Assembly (NCBI GenBank): GCA_038740615.1 | Contig: JAVYLQ010000014.1 | Coordinates: 1 to 13,624, forward strand | Reading direction: 5' to 3' | DNA from: Candidatus Anstonellales archaeon | Lineage (GTDB): Archaea; Micrarchaeota; Micrarchaeia; Anstonellales; J096 | DNA: 13,624 bases | In this document: positions 1 through 7,821 of the stretch, piece after piece | Layout: every line of letters begins with the position of its first letter | Numbering within the stretch: the stretch's first letter is position 1 | The notes under the pieces: generated by a model | Database searches by the model: none | What the model saw: the letters and a program-made list of their open reading frames with translations, nothing else | Told to the model about the DNA's origin: nothing | Program-made: the position numbers and the translations under genes

Positions 1-267
1 GATTTGGTAAGTAGAAATTACAAAAACAATCTTCCTATATATCTAGATCGACTTGGGTTTGGGGTATTCATAGATCCCATGGATAATGGAGTTTTAACTT
101 TCAAGAATACAGATAGAATAGTGCAATTATACCAATGGTTGAATTATTTCAACTCATTCCCCAGACCCATTGGTTTGGATGAGGATAATGGATTATATAT
201 GTCTGTAGATAATTCGGTATTGTATATAGAACCTCAGAATATTAATATAAAACTCTTGACAGGTTAG
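1..267 (+). CDS. Hypothetical protein, C-terminal fragment (5' end lies outside the window)
   Basis: Frame is open from base 1 (GAT TTG GTA...) to TAG at 265-267 and abuts the next ATG at 268. No recognisable motif. The TTG at 4 is probably not the true start. Confidence 0.65.
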   Translation, partial: DLVSRNYKNNLPIYLDRLGFGVFIDPMDNGVLTFKNTDRIVQLYQWLNYFNSFPRPIGLDEDNGLYMSVDNSVLYIEPQNINIKLLTG

Positions 268-867
268 ATGAGGAGAATGTTGCGAAAGTCCAAATACTAT
301 TCTCTGATATCGTTGTTATTTTATTCCTCAGTAATCATTCTGATATTTGCTCTTGTATTTTCAAATTGGATCCTCTTGATAGATAAGAATTATAACGATT
401 CATTAGATTCATACGAACTGATTCTATTAGATCAAACTAGAAGAGTCATAGATGGGGATACGATAAGCTACAGGAATATAACCTACAGAGAACTATTTAT
501 TGATTCTCCGGAGAAAACCACTAATCAGAAAGATAGGTGGTTAGGCTATAATCTGGATCCAAATTGTATGCGTATCTTTGGGATCAGAGCTTATGAACAT
601 CTAAATAGAACAATTTATGCCATAAAGATTCCTAAAGTTGGAACTACAATTCCCAGAGATAGATACGGTAGAGTTCTCGGTATATTTTTAGATAGTAACA
701 TGTCGATAATTGGCTTGGATATGGTAAGAGAAGGATTAGCGTTCTGTTTCTATAGACATGATTCGATTTATAGACTAGAACATCCTGAATTAATTAGAAT
801 AGCTGAAGAATGTCTCAGAAATGAGGATTATGCAAGGGCAAATCGATTAGGGGTGTGGAGATGTTAA
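268..867 (+). CDS. Membrane-anchored thermonuclease (staphylococcal nuclease/SNase family)
   Basis: N-terminal basic stretch plus hydrophobic helix (LISLLFYSSVIILIFALVFSNWILLI). SNase motifs VIDGDTI, R-x4-DSPE (R35/D40/E43 spacing of staphylococcal nuclease), DRYGRVLG, MVREGLA and the C-terminal ARANRLGVW. Confidence 0.92.
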   Translation: MRRMLRKSKYYSLISLLFYSSVIILIFALVFSNWILLIDKNYNDSLDSYELILLDQTRRVIDGDTISYRNITYRELFIDSPEKTTNQKDRWLGYNLDPNCMRIFGIRAYEHLNRTIYAIKIPKVGTTIPRDRYGRVLGIFLDSNMSIIGLDMVREGLAFCFYRHDSIYRLEHPELIRIAEECLRNEDYARANRLGVWRC

Positions 868-1224
868 TTTTTTAAGAGTATCTAATGCTAACATCATACA
901 TTTCTTTCTGGATGGATTATCAGATAGATCTATTCCAACTAGCTCATACATGTCCTGCTCCCCCAATTCTTTCAGCAAATCTACATGCTTGCCTTCCAGA
1001 TAACTAAGTAATAACGATGTTGATACAATACTTATAACACACCCATGTCCTTCAAAACTAATCCTTTCTATTTTACCCTGATCATCGATTTTGAGATATA
1101 TCTTAATATTATCACCACAGCTTCCATTATTACCTTCTAATACATGAGTATAATCATCCAACTTACCATATTTCATAGGGTTCTTGTATATAGCTATGAA
1201 ATCATCTTTATATAGGTCCATCAT
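847..1224 (-). CDS. sufU: SufU/IscU-family (NifU_N) Fe-S assembly sulfur-transfer/scaffold protein
   Basis: YKNP, SCGD (C36/D38), FEGHGC (C62) and PSRKKC (C109). No LPPVK chaperone motif. ATGA overlap with the upstream sufS. Confidence 0.9.
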   Translation of the reverse strand: MMDLYKDDFIAIYKNPMKYGKLDDYTHVLEGNNGSCGDNIKIYLKIDDQGKIERISFEGHGCVISIVSTSLLLSYLEGKHVDLLKELGEQDMYELVGIDLSDNPSRKKCMMLALDTLKKLTSPHP

Positions 1225-2330
1225 TTAAATTTTAATATGATGTTTTTTAAAGCATTCATAAATTTATACAATTCTTCTTCTGTGTTATATATGTAGAAAC
1301 TTGCTCGAACAGTTGGTCCTACTCCTAAGAACTCGTGTAGTGGTTGAGCACAGTGATATCCGGATCTAACAGCAATATCATAATAAGTATCTAACATCTC
1401 TGCAACATCATGTGAATGGACAGAAGGGAAGTAGAAAGAGAAGATAGGGATGTTCATGTTTATCTCCAAAGGATATATATCATACTCTTGGAATATTTTA
1501 TTTGCGATTCTGATGATTCTCTGATCTAGTTGATGTAGATCTTCAAATTTCGAGCTTAGATATTCTACAGCTTTAGAGAGAGCATATGCCTCTGCAATAG
1601 GCGGTGTTCCAGCCTCATATCTCTCCACAGTATCCAAGAGTCTAAACATCCTATTAGTAACATTGCTAACAGTTCCTCCTCCTAGCATTAGTGGTTCATA
1701 CTGCTCCGGATTCTTGATGTATAGTACTCCTATGCCAGTTGGTCCGAGCATCTTGTGTCCAGAGAATGCATACATATCAATATCTATAGATTTAATATCT
1801 ATTCTCATATGCGGTACATATTGTGTTCCATCAGCGATTATGATTGCATTCGGATTATTCTCCCTAATTGCCTTGAGATTAATAACTCTTCCTGTAACAT
1901 TACTAGCATGAGTTACGGCGATTATATCCCCTTTTATCTCATCTATTCTAGAATGCAATTTGTAGGATTTTGAATATCTGTAGATAGGTAATAACATACT
2001 ATGATGTTCATATACTGTAGATTGTATATCATGTGATCTGAAGTTCCATATTGCTGTATTTAGAGCCTCTGTTGCATTTTTAACAAATACAATCTGGTAT
2101 GGTTCAGCTCCTATGAATCTAGCTATAATCTCTCTAGATCTCTCATAAAGATCTGTAGCTTCTTCACTCAATCTATAAACTCCTCTATGGATATTTGCAT
2201 TATAATTAATATAGAATTCTGATAGAGCATCAATCACTAATTTAGGTTTCTGAGTAGTGGCAGCATTATCTAAGTAGATTAATCTAGGATACTTTGATAA
2301 TATGGGAAAATCAGAACGGATCGTATCCAT
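1221..2330 (-). CDS. sufS: Group II cysteine desulfurase, SufS type (PLP-dependent)
   Basis: YLDNAATTQKP, NANIHRG, EHHS, FSGHKMLGPTGIG (PLP lysine), EAGTPPI, HSHDVA and RSGYHCAQP (group II RxGHHCA-like catalytic Cys loop), VRASFYIYN. Confidence 0.93.
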   Translation of the reverse strand: MDTIRSDFPILSKYPRLIYLDNAATTQKPKLVIDALSEFYINYNANIHRGVYRLSEEATDLYERSREIIARFIGAEPYQIVFVKNATEALNTAIWNFRSHDIQSTVYEHHSMLLPIYRYSKSYKLHSRIDEIKGDIIAVTHASNVTGRVINLKAIRENNPNAIIIADGTQYVPHMRIDIKSIDIDMYAFSGHKMLGPTGIGVLYIKNPEQYEPLMLGGGTVSNVTNRMFRLLDTVERYEAGTPPIAEAYALSKAVEYLSSKFEDLHQLDQRIIRIANKIFQEYDIYPLEINMNIPIFSFYFPSVHSHDVAEMLDTYYDIAVRSGYHCAQPLHEFLGVGPTVRASFYIYNTEEELYKFMNALKNIILKFK

Positions 2331-3039
2331 GTGATTCTACGAAATCTATCAACTCAACACCTCCACTCCTAACTATTTTCCCTGATTTCATTATGTGAAC
2401 TGCTGTAGGTTTTATGTATCTAAGAATTCTATTGTAGTGTGTTATCAGTAGAATCTTGGGTTTATTTTCGGAATAATAGATGTTTATAGCATCAGTTATC
2501 CTCTTTAGAGAATCCACATCCAATCCTGAATCTATCTCGTCCAAGATTATGTATTTGGGTTTAAACATCAGCAGCTGTAGAGTCTCGCTCTTCTTTTTCT
2601 CCCCTCCCGAAAGATCCTTATTCACTTCTCTATCTAGAAACTCATTTGATAAACCAAGAATATCCATCCATCTCTTTAGCTCCTGATTGAACTCTCTTAT
2701 TTTAGTTAGATCTCTCTCGTCATATCCTCTTCTCTTATAGAATATTCTTTTTAGGAGCTGTTTAAGAGTTATGCCCTCAAGGTATGGAGGGAGTTGAAAT
2801 GATAAGAATATTCCAAATCTATTAACTCTCTCATCTACATCATATTGTAATATGTTCTGCCCATCTATTTCTATACTCCCTAATACCTCATATCCAGAGT
2901 CCCCTGCTATTACTCGACTGAGAGTACTCTTGCCAGATCCATTTGGACCCATTATTACATCAATGTCGTTCACTATCAGATTCAAATCTTGTAAGATTGT
3001 TCTATTAGATACTGTCACCTTTAAATCTCTAATAATCAT
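2311..3039 (-). CDS. sufC: Fe-S cluster assembly ABC-type ATPase SufC
   Basis: Walker A GPNGSGKST, GIFLSFQ Q-loop, signature LSGGEKKK, Walker B/D-loop ILDEIDSGLDVD, ITHY H-loop. First gene of the operon with sufS and sufU. Confidence 0.93.
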   Translation of the reverse strand: MIIRDLKVTVSNRTILQDLNLIVNDIDVIMGPNGSGKSTLSRVIAGDSGYEVLGSIEIDGQNILQYDVDERVNRFGIFLSFQLPPYLEGITLKQLLKRIFYKRRGYDERDLTKIREFNQELKRWMDILGLSNEFLDREVNKDLSGGEKKKSETLQLLMFKPKYIILDEIDSGLDVDSLKRITDAINIYYSENKPKILLITHYNRILRYIKPTAVHIMKSGKIVRSGGVELIDFVESHGYDPF

Positions 3040-3092
3040 AAGCTATAAAAATACTATAAAGCCTTTAAAACACTATCTAATGAATTTTACAT
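3040..3092. promoter_or_regulatory. Putative bidirectional archaeal promoter (sufC / NTP-transferase) with central TATA element TTTAAA at 3064-3069
   Basis: 53-bp divergent gap. TTTAAA lies 24-30 bp upstream of both ATGs (3039 on -, 3093 on +), the TATA spacing expected for leaderless transcripts. Confidence 0.65.
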
Positions 3093-3797
3093 ATGTACAA
3101 AGTAGTTATCTTGGCTGGTGGTAAAGGTCAGAGACTTAGACCATATACAGAGAATACGCCAAAACCATTGCTTAGGGTGGGTAAGTGGACTCTAATTGAA
3201 TATGTACTCAGTAATGTCAAGCGAGCTGGTTTTGATAAGGTCATTATTGCCACAGGTCATTTGGGTGATCAGATAGAGGAATATCTGGGAAACAGGTGGA
3301 ACGGGGTAGGTATAAAGTATTATAGGGAGAAAGAATTGGAAGGTACTGCTGGATGTCTGCTAAAAATGAAAGATGATCTTGCAGATAATTTTCTAGTACT
3401 AATGGGAGATCAGATAACAACAATTGACCTGAAAAACATCTACTCAAATCATATAACCAAGGCATCCCATTTAACTATTGCCCTGAAGATTCACAATGTA
3501 ATTATAGAATATGGGGTAGCGATGGTAGATAATAATAGAATTCTGAATTTTGAAGAGAAACCCACCTATACGTACTATATAAACACAGGTATATACGTGA
3601 TTAAAAAGAACATACTAGATCATATAAGAATAGGGGAGGATTTTGCAAAAGATGTGTTCCCTAAATTATTGAATCAAGGAATCCCTATAGATTATTATAT
3701 AACGGATGAGTTTTGGGCTGATATAGGTAGAGTTAAAGATTATGAATTCTATCGAGACCAGATGTCTCTTATAGAAGTATATAACAAACTAAGATGA
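3093..3797 (+). CDS. Sugar-phosphate nucleotidyltransferase (NTP_transferase family, GCD1/mannose-1-phosphate guanylyltransferase-like, no beta-helix domain)
   Basis: VILAGGKGQRLRPYTENTPKPLL signature, EGTAG, FLVLMGD, EYGV, FEEKP, INTGIY, WADIG. The substrate cannot be determined from sequence. Confidence 0.9.
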   Translation: MYKVVILAGGKGQRLRPYTENTPKPLLRVGKWTLIEYVLSNVKRAGFDKVIIATGHLGDQIEEYLGNRWNGVGIKYYREKELEGTAGCLLKMKDDLADNFLVLMGDQITTIDLKNIYSNHITKASHLTIALKIHNVIIEYGVAMVDNNRILNFEEKPTYTYYINTGIYVIKKNILDHIRIGEDFAKDVFPKLLNQGIPIDYYITDEFWADIGRVKDYEFYRDQMSLIEVYNKLR

Positions 3798-4195
3798 TAT
3801 ATGTTGATGCGATGCATGGAAAATTAGCAAGAATCCTGAGAGTGTTTGGGGTAAGCTGCGTATATCTCACTTCTGATCTAACAGATAATCAGATTGTGAA
3901 ACTACTAAAAGATAATGACGTGTTGATAACTTCTGATTTGGAACTTAGCAAAAGAGTTAAGAATGCAATATATTTAGATAGTAAGGATCTGAAAACTAAT
4001 TTGGAAAAAATTGTAAATAATGGAATCAGGCTCGATATCCAAAATCCATATTGCTATTTGTGCAATGTGAAATTAGAGAGAATCGGTAACAAATACAGAT
4101 GTCCTAGTTGTAATAGATTCTATTGGAGAGGGAAACAATGGAGTAATCTAAAAAAATATCTGCCCTCAGAACTACAGGAATTTAGCAATACCTAA
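3794..4195 (+). CDS. Mut7-C RNase domain protein (PIN-like fold plus zinc ribbon)
   Basis: YVDAMHGKLARILRVFG, LITSDLEL, and zinc ribbon CYLCN...CPSCNRFYWRG. ATGA overlap with the upstream gene. Confidence 0.85.
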   Translation: MIYVDAMHGKLARILRVFGVSCVYLTSDLTDNQIVKLLKDNDVLITSDLELSKRVKNAIYLDSKDLKTNLEKIVNNGIRLDIQNPYCYLCNVKLERIGNKYRCPSCNRFYWRGKQWSNLKKYLPSELQEFSNT

Positions 4196-5158
4196 TTCTT
4201 CTATATTCTCTTTTACTACTCTATCAAATCTATCAGGTTTTCTATCAAGATCTATTCTATTAGAATTATAAGCTTCTATATCTATAAACTCATCTAGAAA
4301 CATATGATACTGTTCATCTTGACCCATGAATATTTCATTGTAACGATCTCTGATTTTATAGTAAATATCTAATGACTGCATTTTAGGTGAAATAAGATTG
4401 CCACGCCAGCTCAAATTCTTCACTATCTTCACGCCAATAGCATTTCCAGTAAACATCACCAGATCTACATCCTTAATCTCTTCAGGCCCGAAAGAACCGT
4501 ATTTAAAATCCAGTCCTAATTCTTTAGCTATTTTCACTACGAATCTTAGAGTTATTCCAGGAAGAGAGTTATGCCTATCAGTGTAAATAGTATTATCTTT
4601 TAGAAATACTACATTCTCTCCTGAACCCTCTATGAGCTTACCTTTTGAGTTCATAAAAATTACTTCGTCATACCCGTTAGCTTCTCTAAGAGCATATAGA
4701 GAAAGTTGATAATTACTACTTGCTTTTATCCTAGCGAAAGGTAGCTCTCTAGGAATTTCTGGTACTAGAACACTTAATTCTTCTTTAGCAATATACTCTC
4801 CCATAGGCATTAGTACATGCATTAGCTTTGTTGATCCACTGTTTCTTAAACCTACCGAATCATTATCTCTATATAAAAGAGGTCTAACATATACTCTCTT
4901 GCTCTGATAGTTATTCATAAGGTAGAGATAGAAAACTGTATTTATTGCCCTGACAATATTTATTTTATAACCATACTTCATGAAATCTGCTCCATACTGC
5001 ATTCTCTCATAATTCAATTCTGGGTGGAATATCGATACTCTCTTACCAACAACTATACTCATACCTTCAAATATCGCATCTGCATAATTCAAAGAGTGAG
5101 AAAAAGGAGAGAGAATTAAAGTTTCTGCAAATTTACCTAGATCTGGGGAGAAAATCAT
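4172..5158 (-). CDS. ilvE: PLP fold-type IV aminotransferase, divergent branched-chain amino acid aminotransferase-like
   Basis: LNYADAIFEG, YERM, YVRP, IKASSNY (PLP lysine and Tyr), GYDEVIF, EGSGEN, LPGIT, FTGNA. Several motif substitutions make the substrate uncertain. Confidence 0.75.
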   Translation of the reverse strand: MIFSPDLGKFAETLILSPFSHSLNYADAIFEGMSIVVGKRVSIFHPELNYERMQYGADFMKYGYKINIVRAINTVFYLYLMNNYQSKRVYVRPLLYRDNDSVGLRNSGSTKLMHVLMPMGEYIAKEELSVLVPEIPRELPFARIKASSNYQLSLYALREANGYDEVIFMNSKGKLIEGSGENVVFLKDNTIYTDRHNSLPGITLRFVVKIAKELGLDFKYGSFGPEEIKDVDLVMFTGNAIGVKIVKNLSWRGNLISPKMQSLDIYYKIRDRYNEIFMGQDEQYHMFLDEFIDIEAYNSNRIDLDRKPDRFDRVVKENIEELGIAKFL

Positions 5159-5844
5159 TTTAAGGATTTGAGTTCATAGGAGAGCTTGTTACCTTTGATG
5201 TTATATGCTAAGATCTCTACATAATTGTATTCCTCCTTGTCACTATTAGATGTAAGTGAATCGTACAATAGAGATTCTAATTTATTTAAACTTAGTTTGT
5301 AATCATATTTCTGATTTAACACTGATTCGATCTCCTTCTTCTTATTACCAATTACAACAGCATAATAACTAGCATATGCACCAGAAGGATCTATCTCGTA
5401 TAGAATTGGATCAGATTCTTGCATACCAGCAACTAGAACAGAGATACCAAATGGTCTAACCCCTCCATACTGGGTATAACTCTGAAATAGATTTGATATC
5501 TGTTTTACTACGTATATAGGACTAACATCTTCATTAAATGCATTTCTATAACCGAGCGATAGATCTCTAATATAATCGAGAACCTTTTTAGCATCAGCAA
5601 CCAATCCGGCAGTAGCTATGAATAGATGATTGTGGATTATATCGATTTTTTTTATGCTATCTTTTACTATCAGGTTATTCTCTATCTTTTTAGCAGCTAT
5701 CATAACAATTCCATCCTTGCATACAGCACCTATACTAGGGGAGCCTCTCTTTACAGCTTCTCTAGCGTATTCTACTTGAAACAATCTTCCATCAGGACTA
5801 AAAACAGTTATCGCTCTATCATATGCTTGTGGTGAAGGATACAT
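5155..5844 (-). CDS. psmA: Archaeal 20S proteasome subunit alpha
   Basis: Hallmark N-terminus YDRAITVFSPDGRLFQVEYAREAVKRG, plus GLVADA, YTQYGGVRPFGISVLVAG and DPSG. Confidence 0.97.
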   Translation of the reverse strand: MYPSPQAYDRAITVFSPDGRLFQVEYAREAVKRGSPSIGAVCKDGIVMIAAKKIENNLIVKDSIKKIDIIHNHLFIATAGLVADAKKVLDYIRDLSLGYRNAFNEDVSPIYVVKQISNLFQSYTQYGGVRPFGISVLVAGMQESDPILYEIDPSGAYASYYAVVIGNKKKEIESVLNQKYDYKLSLNKLESLLYDSLTSNSDKEEYNYVEILAYNIKGNKLSYELKSLK

Positions 5845-5895
5845 GCTTATGTATAATTAGGTTTATTTTAAAAATCTTTTTGTATCTTTAAAAAT
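5845..5895. promoter_or_regulatory. Putative bidirectional archaeal promoter (psmA / surface protein) with central TATA element TTTAAA at 5867-5872
   Basis: 51-bp divergent gap. TTTTAAAAA at 5866-5874 lies about 22-30 bp from both ATGs (5844 on -, 5896 on +). Confidence 0.65.
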
Positions 5896-7821
5896 ATGAT
5901 TTGGAATATTGTGTTAATATTAATATATTCATATGGTGTTGGAGGTAGTATAATTGATTATTTCTTACCTGATGAACCTAAAAATTACAAAGATGAAATC
6001 TTCATAGTTAATAATCAAACTTGTAGAATAATCTATTTCAACAACATACCAAATCTATTGGAATGCTCAAATACTATCATAGAAGATAATCGTACTATAG
6101 AGTACATATTAACATTGAGAGCTAAACAGGTATTTCAGGAGACTGCGCCCATAAGAGAAGAGATATTAGATTTGATATTGGTATTCAATGCATCAAGATA
6201 TGATGAGACTAATCCTAGATATAGGTTTTTAGGTAAAGTAGAGGAATTTGCATGTAGAACTATTCTAGGAGATGGGATAATACCGATAAATCAACCCATA
6301 TGCCAACGGGATCCATATCATTGCTATACTCTATATATATGCAGACCCGAGGTATTAGATTGTGATACCAGGTTATTCAATTCCATGAAACCAATAGTTA
6401 CATCATTTTTTGTAGCTAGTAAAGGAACAGATGAGATAGTAGCAAATCTGACCAGAATCTTAAATGGTCACATATCTTTAGATAACTACAGCTCCGAAAT
6501 CTCAAAGATAAGATCCCAGATATCAACTCTTATAAATTATTCAAATACCATGCAGAACACTATTCTAAGAATAGGGGGGAGAGAATGTCCTGACTGCTAT
6601 AATCTGTGTTTTCCAATACTACACAATACTTCTGCACTATCGATTGCATTGAATAGAACATCTAGATTAGAAATCCCATTATTGATTAATCTAAAGGATA
6701 CTATATCTAAAATACAGACCAACACACCTATCAGAATGAAAATATACTCTATAAATCAGGAAATTAATAGAATATCTGCGCCATTTCAGCTTGCTCTGAA
6801 TAGATCCCTGGAAATAGAAAGGATATATTCAAGCATAACTCAAAATATAACATTTACTAATTACACTCAAGTCTATAATGAATACAAGAATCTCAGAGAT
6901 ATGTTAAGAAACAAGCTGTCTGAAAGAAATATGAGCGATTTTGAATATTATCTGGATAGGATGCTATTCTTTGAGGATGTATTTCGTAATATGTCTGCTA
7001 AGGTTGAAGAAATCTATTCTGATGTTTTAATGCTTGAAAAATCAATCACAGATAAATATTATCTTTACATAATTCTAAATCCATCAGATGATCAGGTAGC
7101 TAGAGAGTTCAACGATCTAAAAAGATTATACACAAGGCCTATAAATGGGGATAGGTTAGATGAGATTATAAATAGAACCATCAGACTTAGAGATAAGATA
7201 GAATCAAATTATGCCCAAGAGCAGCAAGGACAAATACCATCTTATGCAATTAACATATACTGGATATATAAAAACATATCTCGACTAGGAAATTTCAGTG
7301 TGGATATGCTGAGATTATTATTAGCTATTGTAAGTTCTCTCCTCATACCGTCTTTTCTATTCATAATCGTTTACATTTTAAAATCCATTCTAACAGATGC
7401 TAAACTCCTGAGATATATGTTTGCAGCATATATAATCTTAATAATATTCAATTTTGTATATTCTTACTATACACTTATTCCAACTAACGTAAATATATAT
7501 GACGTCTATCATACTATAATGGATCATAATGGTACGTATATAATAGAAGATGAGAGATTGAGAGATTGTCTGGCTAATAGGAAATTTTTCAGAAAAGTTG
7601 GAGATATGTGCATATCGGGGGATTCTGAAGTGAAATGTAGTGATATAGAAACAAATAGTGTTGTGATCAGAACCACCACTGACAAATCAAATATCCTTAT
7701 ACTAGGTGATCCTCTATATATAATATATCTAAATATCAATCTTGATGATATGAACGAATGTTCTGCTATTCTTGATGAATTGGAGAGAAGTTATGAGAAC
7801 AGAATTACTACTACTTCTTAG
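5896..7821 (+). CDS. Hypothetical Cys-rich, probably N-glycosylated membrane-anchored surface protein
   Basis: 641 aa. Hydrophobic N-terminal signal-like segment, 14 Cys, about 17 N-x-S/T sequons, a helical mid region, two TM-like helices near aa 470-527, and a C-terminal 4-Cys domain. No family recognised. Confidence 0.8.
   Translation: MIWNIVLILIYSYGVGGSIIDYFLPDEPKNYKDEIFIVNNQTCRIIYFNNIPNLLECSNTIIEDNRTIEYILTLRAKQVFQETAPIREEILDLILVFNASRYDETNPRYRFLGKVEEFACRTILGDGIIPINQPICQRDPYHCYTLYICRPEVLDCDTRLFNSMKPIVTSFFVASKGTDEIVANLTRILNGHISLDNYSSEISKIRSQISTLINYSNTMQNTILRIGGRECPDCYNLCFPILHNTSALSIALNRTSRLEIPLLINLKDTISKIQTNTPIRMKIYSINQEINRISAPFQLALNRSLEIERIYSSITQNITFTNYTQVYNEYKNLRDMLRNKLSERNMSDFEYYLDRMLFFEDVFRNMSAKVEEIYSDVLMLEKSITDKYYLYIILNPSDDQVAREFNDLKRLYTRPINGDRLDEIINRTIRLRDKIESNYAQEQQGQIPSYAINIYWIYKNISRLGNFSVDMLRLLLAIVSSLLIPSFLFIIVYILKSILTDAKLLRYMFAAYIILIIFNFVYSYYTLIPTNVNIYDVYHTIMDHNGTYIIEDERLRDCLANRKFFRKVGDMCISGDSEVKCSDIETNSVVIRTTTDKSNILILGDPLYIIYLNINLDDMNECSAILDELERSYENRITTTS

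Noticed and set aside
262..273. In-frame TAG directly followed by ATG (GGT TAG ATG), suggesting readthrough, recoding or a split gene
   Set aside because: TAG is used as an ordinary stop by several other genes here (7819-7821, 4172-4174, 8222-8224, 13043-13045), and the nuclease has its own N-terminal signal anchor. Abutting genes are the norm in this window.
1663..3465. Short alternative ORFs 1663-1911, 1755-1973, 2480-2686, 2852-3124 and 3244-3465
   Set aside because: They are largely antisense shadows of well-supported sufS, sufC and NTP-transferase genes and show no motifs.
5129..5158. The aminotransferase N-terminus (IFSPDLGKF) resembles the PsmA gate motif (VFSPDGRLF) of the gene just upstream
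   Set aside because: Only four identical contiguous residues, with different codons (TTC TCC CCA GAT vs TTT AGT CCT GAT). There is no DNA-level duplication, so chance is the simplest explanation.
6580..6612. CPDCYNLC in the 641-aa protein as a heme c, ferredoxin or radical SAM motif
   Set aside because: It is not CxxCH, CxxCxxCxxxC or CxxxCxxC, and it lies in a sequon-rich, probably extracellular domain where disulfides are more plausible.
7772..7792. ORF-track start at 7772 (TTG)
   Set aside because: The ATG at 7793 has a purine-rich upstream element, gives a clean signal anchor and shortens the overlap.
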